A stretch of 64,000 nt of DNA from Thermodesulfobacteriota bacterium (GTDB taxonomy: Bacteria > Desulfobacterota > Desulfobacteria > Desulfobacterales > SURF-7): positions 63,516-127,515 of the forward strand of contig JBMORA010000029.1 in NCBI GenBank assembly GCA_049320885.1. The letters are read 5' to 3'. How positions within the stretch are numbered: the stretch's first letter is position 1; every line of letters starts with the position of its first letter. Below are positions 1 through 9,829 of this stretch, in pieces. The notes beneath the pieces were generated by a model that was not told where the DNA came from, did no database searches, and saw only the letters and a list, made by a program, of their open reading frames with translations. The position numbers and the translations under genes are program-made.

Positions 1-55
1 GAAAAAATACGTCGAAGCCCTGTCTGCCCTGACCGGCGTGGACTATGGACTATAG
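1..55 (+). CDS. 3' end of an upstream gene (KKYVEALSALTGVDYGL*), possibly the SAICAR synthase C-terminus
   Basis: Frame from base 2 is open to TAG at 53-55. The KYxEAxxxLTG ending resembles PurC C-termini, but only 17 codons are visible. Confidence 0.3.
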   Translation, partial: KKYVEALSALTGVDYGL

Positions 56-1013
56 GACCCATGGAATCCTGCTGGCATCCATCGACACAACCGATGAACG
101 ATTCCGGATTTCCACTTGCCGGGATTGTCAAGACCTTCTGGAATCAATCGCCATCCTGGGAATCATCCGTCCGCCCTTGCTTCTGAAAACAAGGGTGGAC
201 GGATGTATTGTCGTCAGCGGCTGGAGACGCATCGAGGCCTGTAAACAGCTGGGGCATTTCCGCATGGAGGCCAGAATCCTGCCGGCGGAAACTCCGGCCT
301 TTGAATGTGCGAAGCTGGCCGTGGCGGAAAATTCGCTCCAGCGCCCCTTGAATACCCTGGAACAGTCCCATGCATTCCGAATCCTGGCGTCGCATGTGAA
401 TGATCCGGAAGAACGTTTTCGGTTGTATCGTTTATTGCGTCTTCCCCACCACCCATCCATGGTCGCGAAAATCCAAACCGTCTGTGATTTTCCGGCCAGC
501 ATTCAGGCCTTGTTACTCGACGGGACCATTCAGCTGCCCATCGCCCTGGCGCTGGCGGAAATGCCCGGGGAGGACGCGATTTTTTTTGCCGGCCTGTTCA
601 GCGATCTTAAAATCGGCCTGAACAAACAAAGGGAAATCCTGTTGAACGCCACGGAAATCGCCATGCGGGAGGACATCCGGATAGGGGAAATTTTCCATGA
701 AAATCCCATCCGGGAGCTCATCGACGCCCCGGATCTCGATCTTCCCCAAAAAACCGAAAAAATCAGGAGCGCCCTGAGGAAGAGACGCTTTCCGAACATC
801 GCCGCCGCGGAAGAGGTATTCGAAAATTCCGTGCGGGAACTGCCGTTGCGGAATTCCATCGGCCTGACGCCACCGCGTCATTTCGAGGGAATGACCTATA
901 CGATGGAACTGCGGTTCAATGACCTTGAAGAATTCAGGGAACGCGCGGAAAGGGTAACCGAAATGGTGGATCATCCGGCCCTGAAAAAAATTCTCGGGAA
1001 CAAAAACGGGTGA
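45..1013 (+). CDS. ParB/Srx-like N-terminal domain protein
   Basis: 322 aa. VVSGWRRIEAC matches the ParB GxxR motif and ENSLQRPLNTLE resembles ENLQREDLNxIE; helical C-terminal region. Confidence 0.75.
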   Translation: MDYRTHGILLASIDTTDERFRISTCRDCQDLLESIAILGIIRPPLLLKTRVDGCIVVSGWRRIEACKQLGHFRMEARILPAETPAFECAKLAVAENSLQRPLNTLEQSHAFRILASHVNDPEERFRLYRLLRLPHHPSMVAKIQTVCDFPASIQALLLDGTIQLPIALALAEMPGEDAIFFAGLFSDLKIGLNKQREILLNATEIAMREDIRIGEIFHENPIRELIDAPDLDLPQKTEKIRSALRKRRFPNIAAAEEVFENSVRELPLRNSIGLTPPRHFEGMTYTMELRFNDLEEFRERAERVTEMVDHPALKKILGNKNG

Positions 1014-1020
1014 ACCGCGA

Positions 1021-2124
1021 ATGATATCCAGACTCTATATTGATCGAGCCGTGGAAGGTCATCCGCTCGTCAAGCGAATCCAGGAGCGCTTCAAGGCGGT
1101 TCCGCATACCCTGGTTGACGACAGCCGGAAGCTCTACCAGGAAGTCGACCGGACGGACGATCCCATCCAAAGCGGAAAAGAACTCCTGTTCCTCACGGAA
1201 AACAAGGGGCCGTTCTTGAAGAAATGTCCCGGAACGCGCTCCTACCGTTGTTGCGACTATACCATTCTTCATATCGCTTCCTTCTGCACCATGGATTGCG
1301 CCTACTGCATCCTCCAAATCTATTTTCATCCGGCGGTGCTGCAATTTTTCGTGAATCACGAAAAACTAATGACCGAACTGGACGCGGTGTTCGCCTCCGG
1401 GGTGGTTACCCGCATCGGAACCGGTGAATTCACCGACAGCCTGATCTGGGAATCGCTTTGCGATCTCACCCCCCGGCTGGTGTCGCGTTTTGCCGCCCAA
1501 AACAGCTGCATATTGGAATTGAAGACCAAAACCACGGCCATCGGGAACCTAAAAAACCTGGCGCACAACCGCAAAACCATTCTCTCCTGGTCCCTGAACA
1601 CGGAACGGGTCATCCGCACGGAGGAACGCCGGACCACCCCCCTGAAGGCGCGCCTGAAGGCAGCCGAGGCCTGTCAACAATGGGGTTACCCATTGTCGTT
1701 TCATTTTGATCCGCTGGTTATCTACGATCACTGCGAGGACGAATACCGGGAAGTCATCGCCGCTTTGTTCGATCGAATCTCGCCCGATAATATCGTCTGG
1801 ATCAGCCTGGGCAGTTTCCGCTTCATGCCCGAATTGAAGCCGCTGGTTCAACGGCGGTTTCCCCATTCCCGGATCGTTTACGGCGAGTTCATTCCCGGCC
1901 TTGACGGGAAAATGCGCTATTTCAAACCGATGCGGATAGCTCTTTACAAAGAGATCCTTCACGCCATTCGGTCGAAGGCGCCGGAAGTGACGGTCTATTT
2001 CTGCATGGAAGATGATGACGTCTGGCTTCAATGCCTGGGATTTGTTCCCGCCGACAGGGGCGGCCTTCCTGGCATGCTTGATGAGAGCGCCGTCCGTCAT
2101 TGCGGCGTGCGACCGGGAGGCTGA
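1021..2124 (+). CDS. Spore photoproduct lyase (SPL)-like radical SAM protein
   Basis: 367 aa. CxxxCxxC (CTMDCAYC), GEFTDSL, LELKTK, SWSLN and FHFDP segments typical of SPL-family proteins; 7 nt after the ParB-like gene. Confidence 0.8.
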   Translation: MISRLYIDRAVEGHPLVKRIQERFKAVPHTLVDDSRKLYQEVDRTDDPIQSGKELLFLTENKGPFLKKCPGTRSYRCCDYTILHIASFCTMDCAYCILQIYFHPAVLQFFVNHEKLMTELDAVFASGVVTRIGTGEFTDSLIWESLCDLTPRLVSRFAAQNSCILELKTKTTAIGNLKNLAHNRKTILSWSLNTERVIRTEERRTTPLKARLKAAEACQQWGYPLSFHFDPLVIYDHCEDEYREVIAALFDRISPDNIVWISLGSFRFMPELKPLVQRRFPHSRIVYGEFIPGLDGKMRYFKPMRIALYKEILHAIRSKAPEVTVYFCMEDDDVWLQCLGFVPADRGGLPGMLDESAVRHCGVRPGG

Positions 2125-2147
2125 GGGGGCGGCCTTCTCACGTGGGG

Positions 2148-2187
2148 GGAAAATAAGAAGGCCGGGGTCGCGCTCTCCCCGGCCTTC
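2148..2187 (-). terminator. Intrinsic terminator downstream of the EF-G paralog, between convergent genes
   Basis: Perfect 11-bp stem GAAGGCCGGGG/CCCCGGCCTTC (2157-2167 and 2177-2187), followed by a T-rich tract (TTATTTT) on the minus strand. Confidence 0.75.
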
Positions 2188-2210
2188 CTGGACGATTATT
2201 TTGGGGGCGA

Positions 2211-4301
2211 TTATTTTTCCTGTTCTTTTTCCGTGTTCAACGTCTCGATCAATTTTTCCGCCAGTTGCGACGGGACTTCTTCATAATGGGAAAATTCCAT
2301 GGTAAAGACACCGCGTCCGCCGGTCATGGAGTTCAAATCCGGCGCGTAGGTGAGGAATTCCGCCATGGGGACTTCCGCTTTGATGATCTGGTATTTTCCT
2401 TCGTTGTCCATGCCGAGAACGCGGCCGCGTCTTGAATTCATGTCACCCATGATATCTCCCATGAATTCATCCGGTGTTTTAACGGCCACTTTCATGATCG
2501 GTTCCAGCATGACCGCTTTTGCTTCCGCCGCCGCCTTGCGAAATGCCAGGGAGCCGGCGATTTTAAAGGCCATTTCGGATGAGTCCACTGCATGGTAGGA
2601 ACCATCGTCCAGCGTCGCCCGGAAATCGACACATGGGAAACCGGCTAAAACACCTCTTTTCGCGGATTCAATGATACCTTTTTCCACCGCTGGAATATAG
2701 GTTTTGGGAATCACGCCGCCGACCACCGCATCAACGAATTCAAAACCAGATCCCCTTGGGAGCGGCTCGATCTGCACCCAACAATCGCCGAACTGGCCAT
2801 GGCCGCCGGTTTGTTTTTTATGTCTTCCCTGAACCCGCACTTTTTTCTTGATGGTTTCCCGGTATGGAACTTTCGGGGTTTTCAGTACCGCTTCGACATT
2901 GAATTTCCGCTTCAGTTTTTCGACGATGGTTTCAATATGCACCTGTCCGAGACCGGACACGAGGATTTCCTTTGTTTCCGCATTCCGGTCAAGCCGCAGG
3001 GCGGAGTCTTCCTCCATCAGTTTGTTCAGCGAGCTGAAAATCTTGTCTTCATCACCTTTGGATTTGGCTTCAATGGCAAAGGAAATCAGAATGGGCATCG
3101 GTTCGGCGCAGATAAAGCGCAGTTTGCTGCTTTCGTCGCACAGGGTGTCGCCCGTGGTGGTTTCCTTCAGTTTGGCCACGGCCACGATGGAGCCTGGAAC
3201 CGCTTGAGACGCGGGCTTCTGTTCCTTCCCGCCAATGGTCAACAGTTGATTGAAACGCTCTTTCACATCCTTGTTGGTATTGAAAAAATTGCCGTCCGAT
3301 CCCAGGGAGCCGGACACGACACGAAAAATGGACAACCTTCCGGCATAGGGATCCGCGATGGTTTTAAAAACAAAGCCGGCAAAGGGGGCGGCGGGATCGG
3401 GTTCGCGGATGATTTCATTTTCGCCCTTGGCGTCCGTCGCACGCCAGCCTTTCCGGTCAAGAGGGGAGGGGAAACAGTTGACGATAAAGTCCGAGAGCAG
3501 GTTGATGCCGATATTCCGGGTAGCGCAACCGCATAGAACCGGCACGAAATTCCGGTTGCGGGTGCCTTTTTGGAGAGCACTCTTGATTTCCTCGTCCGTC
3601 AGGGAGCCCCCTTCCAGATATTTTTCAATCAGGGAATCATCCGCTTCCGCCACGTTTTCAATCAGGAGTTCCCGCTCGGTTTCCGCTTGTTCCTTCATGT
3701 CCGCGGGTATGTCGCCGACCGTGGCCTTGCCGTTTTCATCGTAGGTATAGGCTTTCATGGTGACCAGATCGATGATACCCTGGAAATCGGCTTCTTGGCC
3801 AATGGGAAGATGAACAGCGATCGGTTTAGGCTGCAGGGAGTTCGCCACTTCCTGGAAGGTGCGCTGAAAGTCAGCGCGTTCCCGATCCAGTTTGTTGATC
3901 AGGATGGCGCTGGAAAGTCCGAATTCCTCCGCGAATGTCCAGGCCTGTTCGGTCTGCACCTTGAAACCGTCAACGGCGTCTATGACCACCAGGGCCGCGT
4001 CGGCAGCCTGCATGCAGTTTTTCGTATCGGAAAAGAAATTCTGGTCGCCGGGAGTGTCGATGATCGAGATGGTATTTTTTTTCCACGGATATTGATGAAA
4101 ACCGCTGCTGATACTGGATCTTCTTTTCAATTCCTCCGGTTCGAAATCCATGACGGTATTGCCGTCTTCCACTCTTCCAAGTCGCGTTGTAACGCCGGCA
4201 TCGTGGAGCATCACTTCCGCCAGGGAAGTTTTGCCGGCTCCGGTATGGCCAACGATCACGACATTTCTGAGTTTTTCCGCAATCTCCTTTATTTCCTTCA
4301 T
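2211..4301 (-). CDS. fusA: Elongation factor G paralog (EF-G2/FusA-like)
   Basis: 696 aa. GHTGAGKTS, DTPG, NKLD, KQTGGHGQFG, DGSYHAVDSSEMAF; located outside the str operon. Confidence 0.9.
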   Translation of the reverse strand: MKEIKEIAEKLRNVVIVGHTGAGKTSLAEVMLHDAGVTTRLGRVEDGNTVMDFEPEELKRRSSISSGFHQYPWKKNTISIIDTPGDQNFFSDTKNCMQAADAALVVIDAVDGFKVQTEQAWTFAEEFGLSSAILINKLDRERADFQRTFQEVANSLQPKPIAVHLPIGQEADFQGIIDLVTMKAYTYDENGKATVGDIPADMKEQAETERELLIENVAEADDSLIEKYLEGGSLTDEEIKSALQKGTRNRNFVPVLCGCATRNIGINLLSDFIVNCFPSPLDRKGWRATDAKGENEIIREPDPAAPFAGFVFKTIADPYAGRLSIFRVVSGSLGSDGNFFNTNKDVKERFNQLLTIGGKEQKPASQAVPGSIVAVAKLKETTTGDTLCDESSKLRFICAEPMPILISFAIEAKSKGDEDKIFSSLNKLMEEDSALRLDRNAETKEILVSGLGQVHIETIVEKLKRKFNVEAVLKTPKVPYRETIKKKVRVQGRHKKQTGGHGQFGDCWVQIEPLPRGSGFEFVDAVVGGVIPKTYIPAVEKGIIESAKRGVLAGFPCVDFRATLDDGSYHAVDSSEMAFKIAGSLAFRKAAAEAKAVMLEPIMKVAVKTPDEFMGDIMGDMNSRRGRVLGMDNEGKYQIIKAEVPMAEFLTYAPDLNSMTGGRGVFTMEFSHYEEVPSQLAEKLIETLNTEKEQEK

Positions 4302-4408
4302 TTGGGCTCCTCTCCACAGATTAGAATTTCGAAGGCAAACAATCAGAAATCCTTATATTGTAAGGTGTAAAAAAGCAAGCGTAAAAAAACCGGTTCAAAA
4401 GCGCCGGC

Positions 4409-5179
4409 CTACGGGAGGCCCGGCCCGCAATCCCCTTTCAACACCAGTGGCAGCAAAAACTCCCGGTTGCCTTTCGGACCGGTGATGGGGGAGGGGATGA
4501 CTTCGCCCGAATCCAGACCGATTCCGGCGCAGAACGATACAATGTCGGCGATCACGGCCTCCTGCAGAACCGGGTCCCGGACCACGCCGCCTTTGCCGAT
4601 CTTGTTCTTCCCCACCTCGAACTGGGGCTTTATCAAAGCGATGATCCGGCCGCTATCCGGCCGCAGGAATCGCACCGCGCAGGGAATGACGATCTTAAGG
4701 GAAATGAAGGAAACATCAATGACCGCGATATCAACGATTTCCGTGATGGACTCCGGCGGCAGGGCGCGGATGTTGGTTCGCTCCATGATGACGACCCGCG
4801 GGTCCTGCCGCAATTTCCATGCAAGCTGGCCGTATCCGACATCAACGGCAAATACCCTGCGGGCGCCGGATTGCAGCAGGCAGTCCGTAAAACCGCCAGT
4901 GGAAGCGCCGATGTCCATACAGACCTTGTCGCGGACATCGAGATGGAGCTGCCGGATGGCGGCTTCCAGCTTCAGCCCCCCGCGGCTCACATAGGGCAGA
5001 TCTTCCTTGACGATCAGGGTGTCATCCGGTGAAACGCGGGTTCCGGGTTTGTTCACGGGTTGATCGTTGACCAGGATCTTGCCTTCCATGATCAAGGCCC
5101 TGGCGCGTTCCCGGCTTTGGGTCAAGCCTTTTTCGCACAGCAGGATGTCCAGACGTTGGCGATTTCCAGCAGCATTCAT
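4409..5179 (-). CDS. tlyA: TlyA family rRNA 2'-O-methyltransferase
   Basis: S4 domain (RLDILL), YVSRGGLKL, DIGASTGGFTD, DVSFISL, LIKPQFE. Start set at MNAAG, which gives an ATGA overlap with the dxs stop. Confidence 0.93.
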   Translation of the reverse strand: MNAAGNRQRLDILLCEKGLTQSRERARALIMEGKILVNDQPVNKPGTRVSPDDTLIVKEDLPYVSRGGLKLEAAIRQLHLDVRDKVCMDIGASTGGFTDCLLQSGARRVFAVDVGYGQLAWKLRQDPRVVIMERTNIRALPPESITEIVDIAVIDVSFISLKIVIPCAVRFLRPDSGRIIALIKPQFEVGKNKIGKGGVVRDPVLQEAVIADIVSFCAGIGLDSGEVIPSPITGPKGNREFLLPLVLKGDCGPGLP

Positions 5180-7056
5180 CGTCGCAGGATTTTTTTTCCT
5201 CGCTCTGTAATGGCCGTTGCGTCGATGCCGTATTTGGACCGCAGCAGCTGTTGCGGACCATGCTCGACGAATTGATCCGGTATGCCCATCCGTTCCAGAT
5301 GAACATTCTGGACGCCCGCATCGTTCAGACATTCCAAGACGGCGCTGCCGAACCCTCCCTGGCGCACGTTCTCTTCAATGGTGATGACGCGGGGGATCCG
5401 GCGCACCAGCGAGACAACCAACTCCTCATCCATGGGTTTGACAAATCGGCAGTTCACCACGGTGGCCGCGATTCCGGACTCCAGGAGATTCTTATGCGCT
5501 TCCAGGGCCTCGCAGACGCATCGGCCGATGGCCAGGATCAAGAGATCGTCGCCCCGGGTCAGAACCTCGCCTTTTCCGATGGGGAGTGGCTGGATGACCG
5601 GATCCAATCGGACCCCGGTTCCCTTGCCCCGGGGATAACGGAAGGCAATGGGTCCGTCATGCAATAAGGCGGTCAACAGCATCCTGCGGAGTTCGTTTTC
5701 ATCCATGGGAGCCATGACGACCATGTTGGGCAGACTGCGCAGGAAAGCATAGTCGAACAGGCCATGATGGGTGGGGCCGTCTTCACCGACAATTCCACCC
5801 CGGTCGATGGCGAAGATCACATGGTTTTTTTCAATACAGACATCGTGCAGGATCTGGTCATAGCCGCGCTGTAAGAAAGTGGAATAAATGGCCACAACCG
5901 GCTTAAACCCTTCGGTGGCCATCCCAGCCGCAAAAGTGACCCCGTGCTGTTCCGCAATCCCGACATCGTAGAAACGCTCGTGGAACCGTTTTGAAAATTC
6001 CAGCAGACCGGTCCCTTCCGGCATGGCCGCCGTGACCGCGATGATGGTCGGATCCGTTTCCGCGAGTTCGACCATGGAGCGGCCGAAAACATCCGTGTAC
6101 GTCGGAGTGGAAGGATCGGTGCTTCTGCATTTGCCGGTCTCGATTTCAAAACTGCCGACCCCGTGAAAATAAACGGGATTCTGTTCGGCCGGCGGATATC
6201 CCTTCCCTTTCTGGGTGGTGACGTGCAGCAGCACCGGTTCGTTCAAGGATTTTATATTATTCAGAATATCGATCAGATGGTTCAGCCGGTGACCATTGAT
6301 GGGGCCGAAATACTCAAAATTAAAGGCCTCAAACAGCATTCCCGGTGTCACAAATGTTTTAAAAGACTCTTCCGACCGTTTGGCGAACTGGTACACATCA
6401 TCGCCGATTTTTGGCAGCGATTTCAGAAATTCCCCGAATTCCCTGCGCCATTCCTGAAGATATTTGGAGGACAGCTTGCGGCTCAGGAAAGACGACAAGG
6501 CCCCGACATTCTGGGCGATGGACATATCGTTGTCATTCAAAATGACGATCAAGTCCTTGTCTTTATGGGTGTCGCCGGCCTGATTGAGACCCTCATAGGC
6601 GATGCCGGCGGTCATGGAACCGTCGCCGATCACGGCGATGACCTTGCGGTTCTCTTTTTTCAAGCGCTTGGCGCAGGCGATCCCGAGTCCGGCGGAGATG
6701 GAGGTGCTGCTGTGTCCGGTGGTAAACGCATCATACGCGCTCTCGCTCATCCGGGTGAACCCGGAAATGCCTCCATGTTTCCTGAGGGTTTGGAACTGGT
6801 CTCTTCTTCCGGTAAGCAGTTTATGGGCATAAGCCTGGTGGCCCACATCCCAAATGACTTTGTCGTTCGGAATATCGAATACATAATGGATGGCAACGGC
6901 CAATTCCACCGCCCCGAGACTGGAAGCCAGATGACCGCCGTTTGTGGAAACCACATCGACAATGACTTGCCGGATTTCGGCCGCCAGTTTTTTCAGGTCG
7001 GCGATGGCAAGCTGTTTCAGATCCTGGGGAGAATGGATACGGTCAAGCACTTCCAT
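5176..7056 (-). CDS. dxs: 1-deoxy-D-xylulose-5-phosphate synthase
   Basis: GGHLASSLG, WDVGHQAYAHK, GDGSMTAG, DVGIAEQH, DGPTHHG. Start taken at MEVLDRI (the ORF extends to 7107). Confidence 0.97.
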   Translation of the reverse strand: MEVLDRIHSPQDLKQLAIADLKKLAAEIRQVIVDVVSTNGGHLASSLGAVELAVAIHYVFDIPNDKVIWDVGHQAYAHKLLTGRRDQFQTLRKHGGISGFTRMSESAYDAFTTGHSSTSISAGLGIACAKRLKKENRKVIAVIGDGSMTAGIAYEGLNQAGDTHKDKDLIVILNDNDMSIAQNVGALSSFLSRKLSSKYLQEWRREFGEFLKSLPKIGDDVYQFAKRSEESFKTFVTPGMLFEAFNFEYFGPINGHRLNHLIDILNNIKSLNEPVLLHVTTQKGKGYPPAEQNPVYFHGVGSFEIETGKCRSTDPSTPTYTDVFGRSMVELAETDPTIIAVTAAMPEGTGLLEFSKRFHERFYDVGIAEQHGVTFAAGMATEGFKPVVAIYSTFLQRGYDQILHDVCIEKNHVIFAIDRGGIVGEDGPTHHGLFDYAFLRSLPNMVVMAPMDENELRRMLLTALLHDGPIAFRYPRGKGTGVRLDPVIQPLPIGKGEVLTRGDDLLILAIGRCVCEALEAHKNLLESGIAATVVNCRFVKPMDEELVVSLVRRIPRVITIEENVRQGGFGSAVLECLNDAGVQNVHLERMGIPDQFVEHGPQQLLRSKYGIDATAITERGKKILRR

Positions 7057-7119
7057 TATTGAACGGTTCTTTCTGTTTTCATGTTGGATATCGGATTCAT
7101 GCCACACTCGCTCGTCGGC

Positions 7120-8019
7120 TCACTGTTGTCTCCGGATGATGTAGGTCGCCAATTCGCGCAGGGGCCGGGCTTTTTCATCGAAAGACGCGACGGCGTCCAG
7201 GGCTTTTTCAACGGCGCACCGGGAAAGTTCCTTGGATCGCTGGATTCCCAGAAGGGAAGGGTAGGTGGATTTGCGCCGGTTTTCATCCGTGCCCACCGCC
7301 TTGCCCAGGATGTCCGGATCCCCTTCCACATTCAAAATGTCATCCGTTACCTGGAAGGCGAGACCAATGTTTCGTGCGTATTGACGTAGGTTTTCCATTC
7401 GGGATGTATCGGCGCCGGCAAGCAGTCCGCCGGTGCAGACCGATGCTTCGATCAGGGCTCCGGTCTTGGCGCGGTGCATGGCTTCCAGCTCCTCCAGTGT
7501 CAGGCCGGCCCCTTCGGCCAGGATATCCGTCATCTGGCCGGCGATCATCCCCTGATGTCCGGCGGCAACACTGATGCCATGGATGATGCGCAGATACTCC
7601 CGGGGGCTGATTGCTTCCGGCCATCGATCCATATCGGACAGAATCTCAAAGGCAAGGGTCAGCAATGCGTCGCCGGCCAGGATGGCCGTGGCTTCATCAA
7701 AGGCCACGTGACAGGTCGGTTTTCCCCTGCGGAGGTCATCGTTATCCATGGCAGGAAGATCGTCATGAACCAGGGAATAAGTATGGATCATTTCCAGGGC
7801 GCAGGCCGCCGGCAAGGCGCTTATTTCAGAACCGCCCATGGATTCCGCCGCCGCAATGCAGAGAATCGGCCGCAGCCGTTTGCCTCCGGCCAGGAGGGAA
7901 TGACGCATGGCGTCTGCAATCCTGGCATTCCCCTTGATTCCATTCAGAAACCGAAGGAGACAGCTATCCACCGTGTCTTTTTTTTTCGCCAGATACTTCT
8001 GGATGTCGAATGAGTTCAA
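7120..8019 (-). CDS. ispA: Farnesyl-diphosphate synthase / polyprenyl synthetase
   Basis: GGKRLRP, SLVHDDLPAMDNDDLRRG, FQVTDD. Confidence 0.95.
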   Translation of the reverse strand: MNSFDIQKYLAKKKDTVDSCLLRFLNGIKGNARIADAMRHSLLAGGKRLRPILCIAAAESMGGSEISALPAACALEMIHTYSLVHDDLPAMDNDDLRRGKPTCHVAFDEATAILAGDALLTLAFEILSDMDRWPEAISPREYLRIIHGISVAAGHQGMIAGQMTDILAEGAGLTLEELEAMHRAKTGALIEASVCTGGLLAGADTSRMENLRQYARNIGLAFQVTDDILNVEGDPDILGKAVGTDENRRKSTYPSLLGIQRSKELSRCAVEKALDAVASFDEKARPLRELATYIIRRQQ

Positions 8020-8034
8020 AAACGGGTTTCCTGT

Positions 8035-8292
8035 TTACAATTCCGGGTCGTCCCCACCGGACGGGTTTGGGCCCTGGGAAAAAGGAACTTCCCGGACGGT
8101 TCCATCCTGATTTTTCAGCAACAGCAGAATCCGCTGTTCGGTTTCATCGAGTTTTTCCGCGCAGAATTTGGACAATGCCATGCCGTCTTCAAATTTCTTC
8201 AAGGCTTTTTCAATGGGCAGATCGCCTTTTTCCATTTCGTTGACGATCTGTTCCAGTTGTTGCAGCGCTTGTTCAAATGTTTTTTTCATCAT
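8035..8292 (-). CDS. xseB: Exodeoxyribonuclease VII small subunit
   Basis: TFEQALQQLEQIV...LDETEQRI; lies between xseA and ispA. Confidence 0.93.
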   Translation of the reverse strand: MMKKTFEQALQQLEQIVNEMEKGDLPIEKALKKFEDGMALSKFCAEKLDETEQRILLLLKNQDGTVREVPFSQGPNPSGGDDPEL

Positions 8293-9670
8293 GTAACAAT
8301 ATATCCTTCACCCGGCAGGTAATGGCTCCTTTTGCGAGCAAAATCTCCAATTCCTGGTCATTGCGGACATCCGCCGAACTGCGTACCACGCGTTTTTGCG
8401 GCACTGTCCGGGTGATGCTGTACCCCCGCTGTAAAATGGACCTGGGATTGAGGACCTGAAGCTTGCCTTCAAGGGCCTGGAGCTCCATGGTTTTTAAATA
8501 AAATTCTTCTAATATGTATTTTTGGATAGTTATATTATATTGTTCAAGTACGACTTTCAATTGATCGACCTGTTTCCGGGGGGAACAGGCCACCAGACGA
8601 TGGGCCAGGAATCCAACGAGCCGTTGCTGTTGCTGCAAAAGCGTCTCCATGGAGCGTTGCAGCCGGGCAGTCACGTCGTCCAGCCGGATTCTGAAATCTT
8701 CGATCCGTTTCCCGGGATTCCGCAATCGCCTTTCCAGTTGCGCCAGTTGTTGTCGCCAACGGCCCATCTGCTGAGCCATGCTGTTTTTCAGACGAAGGGC
8801 CAGGGAGCCGTACTGACGAAGCAGAACGGATTGGTCGGGCGAAACGAGTTCAGCCGCGGCCGATGGTGTCGGCGCCCGCAAGTCAGCGACAAAATCCGCA
8901 ATGGTAAAATCGGTTTCATGACCGATGGCGGAAACAACAGGAATTTCAGAGGAAAAAATAGCTCTGGCCACTTCTTCGGAATTGAAAGCCTGGAGGTCTT
9001 CCAGGGAACCGCCACCCCGGGCCAGGATCAGCACATCGGCTGGATCCGGCATCTGGTTCACCAGGCGAATGGCTTCCGTTATCTGCCTGACCGCATCATT
9101 GCCCTGAACCGCGACCGGGGCAATTACCAGGGGGATTCCCGGAAACCGCCGTTGGATGATCCGGATGATGTCATGGATCACGGCGCCGGTGGAGGAGGTC
9201 ACCACGGCGATTTTCTCCGGCAGGAACGGAATGGGTTTTTTGCGGTCCGCATCAAAAATCCCCTCCTGGGAAAGCCTGGTCTTGAGTTGCTCAAAGGCCA
9301 CCTGGAGGGCGCCGACGCCTTTGGGTTCCATGTGTTCCAGGATGATCTGATAGGTTCCCCGGGGTTCATATATGCTGATGCGGCCGATGCCGGTAATCTG
9401 CATGCCATCTTCGGGCGAAAAGACCAATCGCCGGTTCTGACCCCGGAACATGACCGCCTGGATCTGGGCCGATGGATCTTTCAGGGCAAAATAATAATGG
9501 CCGGAAGCTGGTTGGCTAAAATTGGATATTTCGCCAGTAATCCAAACCATTGGATAAGTTTCCTCAAGCAACGATTTAATTTCAGCGGTCAGTTGGGATA
9601 CTGTGTAGATAGGACGATGCACGTATGCTGTCTTTTTTTCAAGATCGTTATTCTTGGTATAGGCCATCAT
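8273..9670 (-). CDS. xseA: Exodeoxyribonuclease VII large subunit
   Basis: WITGEISN, SGHYYFALKD, RGGGSLEDL, IGHETD, RAPTPSAAAE. Confidence 0.96.
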   Translation of the reverse strand: MMAYTKNNDLEKKTAYVHRPIYTVSQLTAEIKSLLEETYPMVWITGEISNFSQPASGHYYFALKDPSAQIQAVMFRGQNRRLVFSPEDGMQITGIGRISIYEPRGTYQIILEHMEPKGVGALQVAFEQLKTRLSQEGIFDADRKKPIPFLPEKIAVVTSSTGAVIHDIIRIIQRRFPGIPLVIAPVAVQGNDAVRQITEAIRLVNQMPDPADVLILARGGGSLEDLQAFNSEEVARAIFSSEIPVVSAIGHETDFTIADFVADLRAPTPSAAAELVSPDQSVLLRQYGSLALRLKNSMAQQMGRWRQQLAQLERRLRNPGKRIEDFRIRLDDVTARLQRSMETLLQQQQRLVGFLAHRLVACSPRKQVDQLKVVLEQYNITIQKYILEEFYLKTMELQALEGKLQVLNPRSILQRGYSITRTVPQKRVVRSSADVRNDQELEILLAKGAITCRVKDILLHDEKNI

Positions 9671-9829
9671 GAAAACCGACTGTATCTAGCACAGTTCATC
9701 GCTGTGTTCAACCGCAATCTGACCGATTATCCGCCATCCAGATTGCGTCTGATAAGATATATTATGTAAACTTTTAAAAAAGGATTTCCTAAATCGGTTC
9801 CCATCCGGAAACGGATTGGCCGGATGGCC

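Noticed and set aside
2133..2148. CACGTG core downstream of the ParB-like pair as a possible parS
   Set aside because: The flanks do not match the TGTTNCACGTGAAACA palindrome.
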